64,000 nt of DNA from assembly GCA_907165135.1 (NCBI GenBank), contig OU015567.1:7378001-7442000 (forward strand), read 5' to 3'. The position numbers were made by a program, and so were the translations under genes. The notes below the pieces were generated by a model, which saw only the letters and a list, made by a program, of their open reading frames with translations, was not told where the DNA came from and did not search any database. The first letter of the stretch is position 1; every line of letters begins with the position of its first letter. This stretch comes from Oikopleura dioica (lineage: Eukaryota; Animalia; Chordata). Below, one piece after another: positions 12,340-30,465 of this stretch.

Positions 12340-12580
12340 GCTCGCGAGCCGCTCGTGAGTCAATTCCATGGCGAGCACGAGAGCAGCCGCTCCCGCTCGT
12401 CTAGCTCCCGAGCATTGTCGAGATATGCGCTCGTGCTCTCTGCGCTCGCGAGCGGGTTCAAATTTGGGCTCGTGCTCTTTTGGCTCTCGAGCCAACTCAT
12501 TTTCATGCTCCCGCTCCCCTGCTCTCAGAGCAATGATAAATTTTTGCTCTCGCTCTTTTCGCTCGCGAGCATTTGCGAGC
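12340..12580. repeat. Array of GCTC(G/T/C)CGAGC-type palindromic motifs, copy 2
   Basis: Same motif vocabulary as 11894-12100. Confidence 0.7.
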
Positions 12581-13126
12581 ATTTCAAACTCTGATCCTGA
12601 CTATCAAGCGTGAAAGGTAAAGTAAGTTATCTCTTCTTTGGACTCTTTTGTTCACTCAAGTCTTCCTTGATTTCACTTTATGAGTCCTTTTTTCTCGCTT
12701 TAGGCCTATGATTAGAATATTTAAATTACAGTCTTAATTAAATCTCATGCAATTAAAGTCTGTTCCCATCATTCCCAGATACCAAAATCATCTCAAAAAG
12801 AAAGGCCTCTCATACTGAATGCTCCCGGTCCGCCCAATCTTACAAATTGTTCTTCTCTTTTCCAAGAGATTTATCATTGTAAAGAAATACCAACCTTTTG
12901 CTGATCAAAAAAGCACCACTGCCACTTTTTACAAGTGAAACAATAAAATAAAGTTCCAAAGAAAATTTTGTCTTCATTTCCTTGCCTTCATTTTTTGAAG
13001 AAAAAAGAAAAGAAACGCGCTATATCTTTTCATTATCGATCATGAGCTTTTTGCCACTTGGAACTGTTTCTGCAGTGAACTAATCCCAATGTGCCATTCT
13101 CGCTCACGGACTCTTCCTTTCTCAGA

Positions 13127-14171
13127 ATGCCTGCGCAGTACGCGATTTTGCACAAAGAGGAGAGTGCACATGAAGAGGGGATCTGGTGCGTCGCGTGGGC
13201 CACCGATCCGGAAAGCGGCGGCTTCGAGAGAATCGTCACGGGTGGCGCAGACGGTGTTGTTAAGGTTTGAACTCACAGCTTTTCGCATTAAAAATGAACG
13301 GCAGAGCTGGAAATGGGAGAACAACATGGTCATTCAAGAACACGCAATGACGGGCCACAATCTCGGAATCGTGGGAATCACTGCGAATGGCAAAAAAGCT
13401 GCTTCGGTGGGAATGGACGCGACGATCAGACTTTGGGATTTGGAGAGCGCCCAGGAACTGTCAATTATAGAAGGGACGCCGTCGAGCATGTGGTCGATCT
13501 GCTTTTCTCCTGATGGCACAAAAATCGCCACTGGCGCCACTGGAGCTGATGTCAAGGTGAATTTTGAATGATTTTCCTATTGAAGTAGCTTGTCATCTTC
13601 AGATTTACGACTCAGAAACATGCGAGGAAATCCAAACCGTTTCCGCTGGAGGCAAGTGCCCTTTTGTTCTCTCCCTCGCCTATTCTCCCGATGGGACGCT
13701 TCTTGCAATTGGTGGCATGGATGGCATTATAACGATCTTTTCAACTGAGAATTACGATACTTTCAATGTCATCGAGGGACATGCCATGCCAATCAGATCT
13801 ATTGCGTTTTCATCAGATTCCCAATTCATGATGTCCGCTTCAGATGATGGTCATATCAAAGGTAAATATTCAAAAAGGTGGCAAAATCACAGCTCTTTTC
13901 AGTTTATGATGCAAGCCACAAGAATCTCGTCGGAACTCTTTCCGGCCATTCTGGCTGGGTGCTCTCCGTCGCCTTTGGCCCTGATAACACGGCAGTCTCC
14001 TGCAGCGCTGATAAGACAGTCAAAGTTTGGAATGTCGGAACTCGCCAGTGCCTGCACACTTTTCACGATCACACTGATATGGTTTGGTGCGCGAAATACG
14101 CATCTGACGGACAGACTGTCGCCACGGTCGGCGATGACTGCATCTTACATGTATTTGATTGCCCTGTATGA
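13127..14171 (+). CDS. WDR61: WD40 protein Ski8/WDR61
   Basis: MPAQYAILHKEESAHEEGIWCVAW, EGHAMPIRSIAFS, GTLSGHSGWVLSVAF, ending HVFDCPV; 3 small GT-AG introns. Confidence 0.95.
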
Positions 14172-14262
14172 AAAGAACAAACAACTGCCAAGAAACCCGA
14201 AAATCGAACTGCTGAAAGAACACTTTCTTTTTCAGATTTCGATGCGGACGGACTGAAAAGGG

Positions 14263-17200
14263 ATGAGTTCGGAAACGCAGTCTGGGACACTCGGGTTTTC
14301 AGGAGCCCAGTTGCTTTGTAAGAACAAGTGTGGTTTTTACGGCAACGAATCGTGGGAAGGATACTGTAGTCTTTGCTTCAAAAAGGCCAAGAAACAGGAA
14401 AGTGTTAAAATGAGCGATTCCACGGTGAGCCTCCTTTTGATTTTGGCTTATCACTCCTGATTCATAAAGAAAAAAAGGGAAAAAGATCGAATCAGTTCTT
14501 GAGAGTTTCGTTTTTCGAGTTTTTTCGGAAATCAAATGATTGTCTCTGACCGATCATAAGTCGTGAAAACTTGTGTCTTCGAAAACTTTTTTTTTTAATT
14601 TTCAAAATTGAAAAAATAACACCATGAAAAAGCAAGAAGAACAAAGAACGAAGCTCGACAGTCCCGAGAGTCCGAATTCGAAGTCGAGTTGGTTCGATTT
14701 CAGCGAAATCTCTTTATTTGGCGAGAAGAAAAAGACTCGTTTGTCCCTAACGAGCGCATTCAGGTATGAAACCGGTAGTGCCCTTTTGCACCTAATCTGC
14801 TAAAAATCCTAAAATCCGAGCAAAGAGAAAAAATGCTTGGAAGCGCCCGATCTTGCTCTTCTTTTGCCATTATTGATCAGAATGGCAGTTATATAACAAG
14901 CCATTTACCTTCTTGTAGCTCTGGCTCTGGCTCATCCCGTTCGCGATCGCCCGAGGCTGAGGCGACGGGCCCAAAAGCGGACCTCGTCTCACGCCAGTTG
15001 TTGACACTCGTGGACAAACAATCCGTCGAGTTTGTCGCCAAAACCAAAAAGAAAAACTTTGCTCCTGAAGAGTTCGGAGAGGTGATAACCTCCTTTTACG
15101 ATGCTCTTGCTGATGCAATCAGAACCAAAGAGGATGATGATGAAACTGTGGCGACTTGCATGGATCGTGCAGAGGGGAATATAACCAGCGAAATCTATCA
15201 TAAATTATTTGCACAGGAAGAAGATGAAGCGTTGGATATTGGTACTTTCTATTTTTATCATTTGAGGTCACTTGACCTTAATTTTTCAGATCTCCAGCGA
15301 AAGATACGGGCTCTTCACTGGGTCGGACCGGCCATGGTTGGCGCAAAACTAGACCGTGGTCTACCAGAAGTTCGACTTCTTATCGACGATGCAGTAACAA
15401 ACTTTCTTCAAACAAATTCCACTGAACTACCTCGGTAATTTCTAAATCCCCTAAAATGGCCTTTTGGAACAGCGTTTTTAGCGAAAAACTCGAGCATTTG
15501 TCGGCCGCTTGCGACTGTATTATGAAATCACTGTCAATATCTACTGGCTCATCTCCTTCAGCGGATGATCTTCTCCCAGCGCTCATATTCCTCTTGTTGC
15601 ATACTAATCCGCCACTGTTCAAGTCGAATTTGGCTCTTATCCGGCGCTTATCCCAACCTGAAAACCTTCGCAGGTAAGAAACTTTTCTTTCTATAGTCCA
15701 AAGTTCGACAAAGAGGATTCAAATCTTCATTATCATTTAGTGGAAAACTGGCCTATCATTACTGCTCTATTTGCTCAGCTGTGGGTTTTATTGAGCGAGG
15801 CATCAGCGAAACGGAACTCAATTTAACGAAGAGACAATTCGATCAGTTCCAGAAGAGCGAGGCAAGGCCGCCAGCTGCGTTGATGGATTTTGACTTCACG
15901 ACGATGCGAAAGTCGGACAGAATCGTTGACATTTTCGACGTTGACGAGGATGAGGTCACATCTCCAGCGCTGGAAAGACTTCGGTAAAAAGAGGCGAATT
16001 TTTGGCGTTTTTTCTAGCACAAGTACAGTTAATTATGGAATTTCTGGACATTTTTTGTCGCACACTTTTCACAAAAATGTCCAGAAATTTGATACATAAC
16101 CTTGAAAAAAATGTCCCACCACAATTGCTTAAAATTTTTCACGGAGGAAAAATAAACGTTTTTTTTTCAAAAAATTGATTAAGGGATCACCCCCCGATTT
16201 TTCAAAACTTTGGCACCAGTCATTATCGCCTATGATTAGATTCCTCGTGTTCTGAGGATCATTTTGATATATGATAGTACCCCTTTACATAAATGCATCC
16301 CCGAAATTTTGGCTCCGAAAGTTCGGGAAAATGCATGTAAATTGTACTTAGCGTGAAAATCGCAATTTTTTTCGATTTTTCATTGTAATCGTAATAAGAC
16401 AAACAAGGGCTCTTTCGAAAGCTTAGAATGTGAAGATTACGAATATAATAACCGCACTAGAATTTTCGGCCAATTGTTGGCGCTAGAGAGCATTTAAGCA
16501 CCCAAATAACGCCAAAAATGGTTTCAAAAGTTTTACAACTAGAATTATTTTATTCACTTATCCGATCATGCTGATTCTACCAAAAAATATAGATTAGCGT
16601 CTATACTTTTAGATAAACCAAAAAGATTTTGAATCCCAAAGCCCAAAAAAAAGTAGATACGATTTGAAAATGACCTAAAATGGCCATTTTTCAAAATGTT
16701 AATCACTTTGACGGCCTGTAATGCATAAGCGAATGTTTTGCTGGCAAGCTGATTCTACCAGAATTTGCTCCTTTCGAAGCGTACTTTCTAATGCGCCCAA
16801 AAACAGCTTCCTACGTAAGCTCAAAAAAATGTAGATGGAGGTCAAAGTTGGCGAAATCGGGGGGGGGATCCCTTAAAAACAATAATAAAGTGCGATGAAG
16901 CAGCGAATTTTGCTTAAAATACTAAGATTCTACAAGAAAAAGTCTTCTTCGTAAATAGAATAACCTTTCATAACTCAAATTTGACTATAAATTTCGGAGT
17001 CGAAAATCTTTTTTGAGAAAAAATGTCCAGAAATTTGATTCTTTTGCTTTTTAAAAGTGTCCCAATTAAACCCCTTAAAATTCGAAAAATGTCCAGAAAT
17101 TTGATGTCCAGAAATTCCATAAAAAACTGTATAGGGAGAAAGTCTAACGAGTATTTCTAGCCTCCTGAAGCTGAAAAACGAAGAGTTCTTCAACAAAGCA

Positions 17201-17323
17201 AAGAAGATGAAAGAAGAACTGACGAGTTTCTCGATGCATGTGCAGCGCGAAGTGACTGACATCTCCGAAAAGTACTCCCTCTCTCCCGATCCATCCGAGC
17301 AATCCGAAAAGAATCCCCCATGA
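14263..17323 (+). CDS. RABGEF1: Rab5 GEF Rabex-5 (A20 zinc finger + VPS9)
   Basis: N-terminal CKNKCGFYGNESWEGYCSLCF (A20 ZnF), VPS9 motif SADDLLPALIF...TNPP; last exon 17161-17323. Confidence 0.9.
16026..17129. mobile_element. Tc1/mariner-like non-autonomous element (TA TSD) in RABGEF1 intron
   Basis: TIR CAGT(TAA/TTT)TTATGGAATTTCTGGACAT flanked by TA at 16024-25 and 17130-31; internal TGTCCAGAAATT repeats. Confidence 0.8.
16183..16872. mobile_element. TTAA-TSD non-autonomous element (GGG...CCC ends, Kolobok-like) nested in the previous one
   Basis: TTAA at 16179-82 and 16873-76; TIR GGGATC(A/C)CCCCCC..GATTT; no ORF. Confidence 0.8.
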
Positions 17324-17509
17324 CCAGCTGCTACTTCCTTTCTTCTCTCTCTTTTACCTTCTTTTTAATATTATCTATTCAAGAAAAATATACATATTCT
17401 GTCATAATATTTCTTCACAAAAAGATTAAACGATGTTGTTTCAAATAAAAAAGAAAAACGGAAAATCAAAAAGCCAAAATTCTCAAAAGAAAAATTCCTC
17501 CAGAATAGA

Positions 17510-17985
17510 ATGACAGAAACGGCTCCAGAAAAAGTAGAAATCCTTCTCAGAGCAGTTGGCGATGCGCCAGTGTTGAAAAAGAACAAATTCAAATTGAATA
17601 GAACGCAGAAAATTGCATTCGTTTCCGATTTCTTGCGAAAAGCGACGAAATGCGAAGGAGATGAACGTATTTTTCTGGTGAGATTTTTCACTATCACGTT
17701 TTCTTAGAATTTTCAGTACATTCATCAAGCTTTCTCGCCAACAATGGACTCACCAATTGGAACGCTCTTTGATAACCACGCTAGGCCCGGTTCTATACTC
17801 GCAGAATCTCTAGAATAAGGCATTATTTACTTTCTAAAAAGGAGAATATCCTCAGTTATAAGAAATCTTCTGGTAAGAAAGGGCGTGATTTTCAAGAAAA
17901 TTTTCCATTATTTTTAACGAAATAGAACCGAAAAAGTGACAACAAACTTGTTGTCCATTACAGTAAGACTCCTGCTTGGGGATGA
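17510..17985 (+). CDS. ATG12: Autophagy ubiquitin-like protein ATG12
   Basis: KVEILLRAVGDAPVLKKNKF...FLYIHQAFSP...LFDNHASDNKLVVHYSKTPAWG*; second intron GC-AG. Confidence 0.95.
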
Positions 17986-18125
17986 TTATTCACATAGCCA
18001 CTGAAAAAGAATCTTTCCTACAAAGGCCCATCTGTACATTAATTCAATGGAAATAATCAAAATTCAAATTTCTTCATTCAAATTTCCGATTCATTTTGAT
18101 TGAATTTTCGCTTTTTTCAGACATC

Positions 18126-19307
18126 ATGGGGCGCGATGAGGGCGGAAAAAGCGACATGGAACGAGTCGGCCTCTTCTCTGAGGTCGGCTACACGACGCTC
18201 GGGGACAAGTACCCAAAAGTCCACCCCAGCTCGCGACCTATAAATCAGACGGCTCACAAAGGGAAACAAATGTTGCCCGGTGGGAGCAAGACAATGTAAG
18301 TCATTAGCGTCTATTTACGAGAAAATGATTAAAATTTTTTATGATCAGGTCCGCCAACCAGAGCGGCTACTTTGAGCCCAACTTCAAGCGAATAATGGAA
18401 AAGGAAGCTTACATTGATCCGGTGAAACTGAGGCGTCAGGAGCGACTGCAGAAGGGAAAGAAGAACATTGGAAAGTCCTTCCTCCCTTCCAACTATCCTA
18501 AGAGTACGTTTCTTCGCCCTTAATTCTAGCGCTCACGAATCTCTTCAGAACCTTCCGGAGCTGGAAATCATTACGGAACCTTGTCTGGTCCAATCGAGCA
18601 TTTCTCCGCGCAGACAAAGCCAAAAGCCGCGTACATCAAGGAGAAGAAAAATTTCCTCACCAATCCTAGCAAGCACGGAACTGGATATGGGTATTTGCTC
18701 TTCTTGAACTTTTCTTATAATTCTACCTTTTAGCTACGTCGGAGTGACGCTCGGAAAGTATCAAGACCACGCTGTGGATCCGTATAATCGAATGAAGGAG
18801 CTCAAAAGAAAGGAAATGGAAAAAAGCAAGGCGCTCATGAAGGGAGGCCATTTCAAAGTAAGAGTTTTCTTCTCTGTCTCTGATTGTTAAAACTATTTTA
18901 GCTCAACCTTCATCCAAAAACTTATTTCAATCCAAATATTTTCAAAGCTGACCGACCGCTACCTCCACCGAAACCAGCTTCAGTTAAGCCACCAGCAGTG
19001 AAGCCATTCAAGCACTCGTCGCCTGGAAAAGCACTTGGCGGATCCAAGGCAGGATGTTTCGACAATTATCCTTCCCACTCGAACGATCTTTACACCATCA
19101 AGGTAAATCCCCGTCAATTAATTCGATTTCGAAGCGTCGTAAAACTTTTATTTTTAGCAAAATAAAAAAGTCACAGTGAACTCGTCTGGAAAGCTCTTTC
19201 ACGCCATTCCTGGGCCAAAGTCACGCCCAACCCCGTCCATCATGGCAAAGAACGTCGCAGTGAGGGTGAATAGAAACAACTACAAAACAATCAAGAGCGT
19301 TATGTAA
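18126..19307 (+). CDS. CFAP96: Cilia- and flagella-associated protein 96 (C4orf47 family)
   Basis: GGKSDMERVGLFSEVGYTTLGDKY, KQMLPGGSK, GYFEPNFKRIMEKEAY, GTGYG. Confidence 0.88.
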
Positions 19308-19465
19308 CTGTTCATCCCTATCTGTTTGCGTCGGACACTGTAAAATCACCGAGATTCCGTATATATTTTTTTCTAATAAAACAAGTTTATTTTTTTATAA
19401 AAAAAAGAGAAAAATGTTCTTTACACTAGATTGAGTGGTTGTAAAGAAAAATATAAAAAGAGAAA

Positions 19466-21514
<2,049 letters not shown>

Positions 21515-22305
21515 AACCTATGATCAGAATTCCGGCATCAATATCAAACGATAATTGAGCATATAATTATAAATAGTAATATTTCTTTTTGTATTGTATG
21601 GGGCTATAATTATCTGGTTAAGTGCGCGCTAATTTATTTTGTATTTTAATAATCACAAATTTTTATTAAAACCTCCGCTATTTTTTTTCAATTTTTATTA
21701 TCTGGTGCGTCAGATCTCACCATTCGCAAGTGCTAGGGTTTTCGTAACGTAGTATTTCCTCTACACATTCCAAATAGAGTTCCCAATCATTTATCATTAT
21801 TTTCGTTATTTACTACTGATAACCTGAAAAGGCAATAGCAGATCAGTCAGCTACAGACCGGCTTGACGTGCCTTTGCCTTGCTGAAACTGTTGTTGTATC
21901 GCAAAATTATCCCGTTTTATAAAATTCAATTATGAGTTACTATTTTCATTTATGATTGACGAACAATATCGTACTGTATGTGAACTTGTGTATCTAATCA
22001 ATAATAATTATCTACTGTATTTTTATTCCGAAGGCATGTGAGTATGACTTCAAAGTTAGCTCTTTCTCCTTTACTACCGCTATTAGTCTGTTATGAAAAC
22101 TTTATATTTTTTGTTGGTATCTTGCTACTGGATATATTTTTGACCAAAAACCGCCATACTGTTCTATGAAAACAAATATTAATAGGCTTTACTAATTATG
22201 ATGCAACCCTCTGTCTGCAACTACAGAATACCAGTATCGTGAATTGAATTTGATAATTCTTCCGATCGAAAATCGTGTTGACTTTTCATTTTTCCAAGAT
22301 TAAAA

Positions 22306-24226
<1,921 letters not shown>

Positions 24227-24500
24227 TTTCAGCGGGCTTTTCATGATCACTTTCAGTTAAGCTAATTTAATATTCCTTATGCGCATTTATCCTCAATTAA
24301 CATCGAGCCTATCCGCGCTGCAAGCCGCCTCGATGGTCAACGGACTCTGTCTTCTGTTTGCTTGAAAGTTAACTTTAAATAATGTGAACGCTTTAGCCTG
24401 ATCTCCTTTCAACTTTAATTTGTTCGTATTTTTCTTGTCTGATAAACAGCTCAGAAAAAGAAACGCCCCTAAAATAATCTAATTTAAGAATTTGATCAAA

Positions 24501-25010
24501 ATGGCAAAATCTCTTCGCTCCAAGCGCATGAGAAGAAATCGGGCTTACAGAGCTCAGAAGACAGGCCCAAGGGTGCTGAAACGAATGGTCGACAGTCTCG
24601 AAAAGGCAAAGGTCTTTAATGTGAGTCTTCCTTCCTATCAGTCGGGATTTTATACAGTTCAGGAAGCACGAGAGGCGGAGAAACTGAAAGAAGGCGGAGT
24701 CGAGATGGAAGATGTCACAGAGCAACCAGAAAAGAGCGGAGACGCAGAAATGGTCGACCCAAACAAAAGCTCGATGTCGAAACAGGATTGAACAAAGATG
24801 GATCCAAGGTGAGTGCCAAATTTATCGATTTGTTTTTGAACGAAAGCTATTAAGCCCGTTTGGATGAACCAGCGACAGTTTAAAAAGCTCACGAAGGCGA
24901 AGAAATCAGCGGGAAAGAAGACGAACAAGTTTGGATTGGTTTTGGAAGGACTCGGCCCAAGGAAGAAGTTCTTGGCTGACAAGAAGAAAAGCTGGAAGGG
25001 AAAGAATTGA
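24501..25010 (+). CDS. LLPH: LLP homolog
   Basis: MAKSLRSKRMRR start and PVWMNQRQ motif. Confidence 0.88.
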
Positions 25011-25088
25011 TCTGCCTGAGAGACTCGACTGTACTCTTGAAATAAATGAAGCTCTGAATTTGTCCTATCTATTTTCTTTGTCACTAGA

Positions 25089-25397
25089 ATGTCTGGAAAA
25101 GTTCCCCGAAACGAGTTGAGCAGCTTATTAGACTATTTTACAGACGCAAAAACTACAAAATTCGGACATGGAGCGTCATATGATCAGCTCGATAAAATCA
25201 CAGAATTGCAGCTATCAATTCATAAACAGCACTACGGTAGAAAGAAATGAGAGTTTCTGATGGTACCAATCGCTTTAGAAATCGACAGCGATAATCCGAA
25301 GAAAGATAAACTGTGCTGCAGCACAGATGAGCTGGAAAAAGTCAACGAAATCTTCAACAAAATGAAAAACATCAGTGACAAAATTTCTTCTCTGTAA
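25089..25397 (+). CDS. CCDC28: Short CCDC28-family-like coiled-coil protein (~88 aa)
   Basis: NELSSLLDYFTDAKTTKFGHGASYDQLDKITELQ resembles the remembered CCDC28 core (LLSLLNDFHSGKLQAFG.ECS.EQ.EHVR); one intron. Missed by the ORF track. Confidence 0.55.
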
Positions 25398-25484
25398 AAC
25401 TAGTCGTCAATTCCTGTATCTGTACATAAAGAATATGCATTTATCGATTACTCTCAATTTTATTCCTCAAGAAAGATCTTATGA

Positions 25485-26784
25485 ATGCCTCCCCGATTGA
25501 AAATCCGGATTGTCAGTTGTAGACGTTTCAAAACGTATGATTCACTCGAAGAAAAATTCCGAAAAGACTTGCATGTCCGTTCAAGAAGGTAAAAAATAAG
25601 TCCCGAGCGGTCGATCAAGATCTTTAGCAAGATAAACAAGCTGTATGTTTTTGCCCTCGCTGCGCCAGCTTGCTTTATTTGGGACGCGTCGAACATTTAC
25701 AGAAGTTTGAATGACCAATTTCACGAAAAACTGGAGTACATTTTGGAGGACGCAAAGACGAAAACAGAGAGTCAATATAAAAAACTCCTCGTGATGTACT
25801 GGCACACTAGGTAAGCCCGAGAGATCCTTCATTTCATAAGTTTTTCCTCTTCATGCCAGTCTTGGCTAATCGGATTTTCCTTCAGCTTCGAGAATGGAAT
25901 TTCTCCTACAAATAACCACCCCTTCGATATTTATACGTTCTACCCCCTGACCACGCCGTGTGCAGCCCTGGTGTACGCCGGATTACGCGACATTTCCCTT
26001 CGTCTTGCTCTCGAAATCGCCATTCTCAGCCATGCGGCAAAACGGGGCGATTCCATCCCACTTGGTTCTTTCTGGAAATCGCGATTCATGTCCAGTATTG
26101 CCTGCAATACAGTAAAACGAAATCTAAATATGTCCTGGAGTCCCCCGAACGAGCATAGTGGCAAATATTTCTACCATAACATCGTTATCGCAAATTTAAA
26201 GAAGCTCCGAGCAAATTACCCTCGATATTCAATCCGCTTCTTTTCCCTCTTGGCTCTTTGCGGAACCTTCGTCGCATCAACTTGCTATCAGTTTATTCAA
26301 ATTGCCAAGAAACAACAGCTAGAATACCTAAACACCGTTTTCAAAGAAGATGCGTTCAAAGATTTCAAATTTGAAGAACTCGATAGTTACGCCATGCAAA
26401 ATATCATCATCAACATTCTCGACAACAACCCTGAAATCTTTCACAACAAGAAACAAGTGCTATCGTATTATGTTGGCCTCCTGACACAAAATAATACAGA
26501 CCCGCTTTATTCCAGAAGTTGGTTGCCTTTCTCGCCCCTCATATCGGTAAGATCATTTGAGTCCTCCGTTTCTCTAATTGTTCAATTTTCAGCTTCAATA
26601 TTTATTCAACGACCTGGAATTAAGAGTGGGACCATGTCCAAAAGTCAGTACTTTACTTGGTGACTTCTTATTCTACCAAGGGATCAAGTATCCTTCTTTT
26701 TCGCCTCTGTATCCTTACCTGAACAACGATGATGCCGTTCTCAGATCTGTTCTGTTACGACAGAAATACTCAATTAGCGAGTAA
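25485..26784 (+). CDS. Uncharacterised protein (~380 aa), Arg-rich N-terminus, hydrophobic segments
   Basis: Four exons join in frame with GT-AG introns (MPPRLKIRIVSCRRFK...; 230-aa ORF 25971-26663). No family recognised. Confidence 0.65.
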
Positions 26785-27089
26785 AGCTCCTCTTCACTGA
26801 TCTCTTTAAGAATTATCGAATCGGAAGGAAAAGCTCATCATGTGATGAAAATATATACTCATTTCTTACTTATCATCAAATGAAGAACAATATGATTTTT
26901 AGCAGTGTCAGACCCTATAAACTTATAGAGAACTGTTTAAAACAATGAATGCGCTACTTGTTGATCTATTTTTGCCGCCTCATCATTTTTCAAAATGCTC
27001 TGCTTTCTTTTCTGATCTCTAGATCTATTCTGAAAACAGCCTCAATTAAATATTTTCAATAGAACCGTGAGACTAAATTCGTTGCAACC

Positions 27090-28609
<1,520 letters not shown>

Positions 28610-28842
28610 ACGAATCCTCAATCTTTGGCACTCTTACATGTTCAATGACTTTTTCCCTTCTTCTGTCGCAGCTAGTTTGAATTCCGTTATTATTCTTGCT
28701 CTAGAATTAAAGATATCTCAATGAGTTTGGTTGTTTATATATTTGAAAGATGGGTTTTCTTTTGAAGTTTTTGAGTGGCGCAATTAGAGTTTTATCTTTT
28801 GTTTTTTCTAAGAATGAGCTCTTCAGAAGGAACCGATCGTTG

Positions 28843-29282
28843 ATGACCTCGAATCAAATCAACTTTCAGGGTATAGTGGATAAAACCAGCTCGGCGCAAG
28901 AAAACCCTCACCTCAATATCGTTAAAGAAAAGTAAGAAATTCATTTTTCCGCCTTTTTGGAACGCACATTTTAGAGCTCGGGCAGCAGTGAAGGATCATA
29001 TATCGCTTATTCAAGGAACTTTTCTCACTGGAAAATATCGCGAGGGACTAAGATCGTCATACAGAAACTTTGCCGATTGTGACAAGATATTTACGCGGCT
29101 GGAGAATCGGACGAATCGACTCCAGCGAAACTTAAAAGCTTCGGAAAAGCAGGAAAAGATCATCTGCTCAGGACTCTCTGCCGTACCCACCATTCAGGTG
29201 CTCGGTTTTCGCACTGTAACAATTTTTTTAATAATTTACCGTCTAGGCAAATATCGCCGCTGCCCAATCTCACTTCAAATAA
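28843..29282 (+). CDS. BORCS7: Small helical protein resembling BORC subunit 7
   Basis: Three exons, ~115 aa; VKEKARAAVKDHISL...EGLRSSYRNF...IFTRLE aligns loosely with remembered BORCS7 (LTEKV..DVIAL..ELLGQAARNM..ILHSE). Confidence 0.5.
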
Positions 29283-29307
29283 CTACCTGAACTACTCTGC
29301 CCCTATC

Positions 29308-30465
29308 ATGTCATCCGCGAATGAAAAGATTGCCTCTTCACTGGGCAAAGAAATCATAAAAATTATTCATCTCAACGGGAATTTCCTCATTTTTGATCCA
29401 CCATCCATCATAAGTTGTATGAAGATCAATATTCACGTTGATCTAATTGGCCCGTGTCCGCGACTGCTTGTTTCTGAAAAGGTACGGCATTAGCTCTTGC
29501 TAATAGCAGCCGCCTAATTAGCTGATTGTAATTAAGACGGGTCTCCCAGGCCTCCTAACGCCCTACCAGGCAAGCATTCTCCTCCCCTCTCCAAATGTGG
29601 AAGTTTTTGATGGCAAAGAGGAACTCGATTCTGTTTTGGGATTGACTGCGTTTTTTATTGCTTTCTCACTTAGGCACATTGAACGTGTCTTTGGGCGCTA
29701 GAATGAATACGTGACAATCCCTCTTACTGAGCAGCTAGTCGATTTCGAAGACAAGTTCTATCTGCAGCTAGAGCGCCATGTGAAGAAATCGCACTTGGAA
29801 ATTGCCGCCAGGAAATGATGATTAAAATATTATTTGTAAAAAATAAAGATAAAAGTGTTTGATATCAGAATCGAGTTATGGCCAAAAAGTGGATATTCCC
29901 GCGGCGCTAGAAATACTGACCGAGGTGAAACCCTCCGATCGCCGTTGGAGAGTCAACTTTCTCGATCATGGATCGCTGTTGAAAAATACTAACGACGGCA
30001 GTAAATGCTCTCGCTTGCCGGAGATCAAAGGGCTCGACGCAGTGAAAGACAAGTGTCACCGTTATTTATGGGAATGCGGTTATTATCTCACCAGTGGCAT
30101 GAAGTACGGCTGCGATTGGCTTGCGTACGAGCATCCGCCAGATCTCGTCCACGCCGAGTTCATCGTATCCGTCCTCGACGTCGACAATAAGGTAAAGTGA
30201 ATGACTCATTCCACGTTCTTGAGCACTTGTTAACAGCTTTTCTGAGCCGTGTTTATGAGCGCGAAGAGTAACAGTATTTAGCTGCGCTCCTCTGAGAAGG
30301 GTTGGACGAGCTTGAAAGGGATTAAGAAAAATTTATGAGACATCAGCGTCCAACTCTGGCGTTGACATAGCTGCCAGATCACGCATCGCCACGAAGAGCA
30401 AGAAGAAATGGCTGCTTCTTAGTGTTGTTAATGTCATGGCTTTCAGATTTGTTAATCTTTTATGA
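29308..30465 (+). CDS. TSEN34: tRNA-splicing endonuclease subunit Sen34
   Basis: IIHLNGNFLIFD, GLPGLLTPYQASILL, catalytic region LWECGYYLTSGMKYGCDWLAYEHPPDLVHAEFIV. Confidence 0.85.

Noticed and set aside
11913-12613. Several RE/AL-rich ORFs
   Set aside because: Translations of the GCTCGCGAGC arrays.
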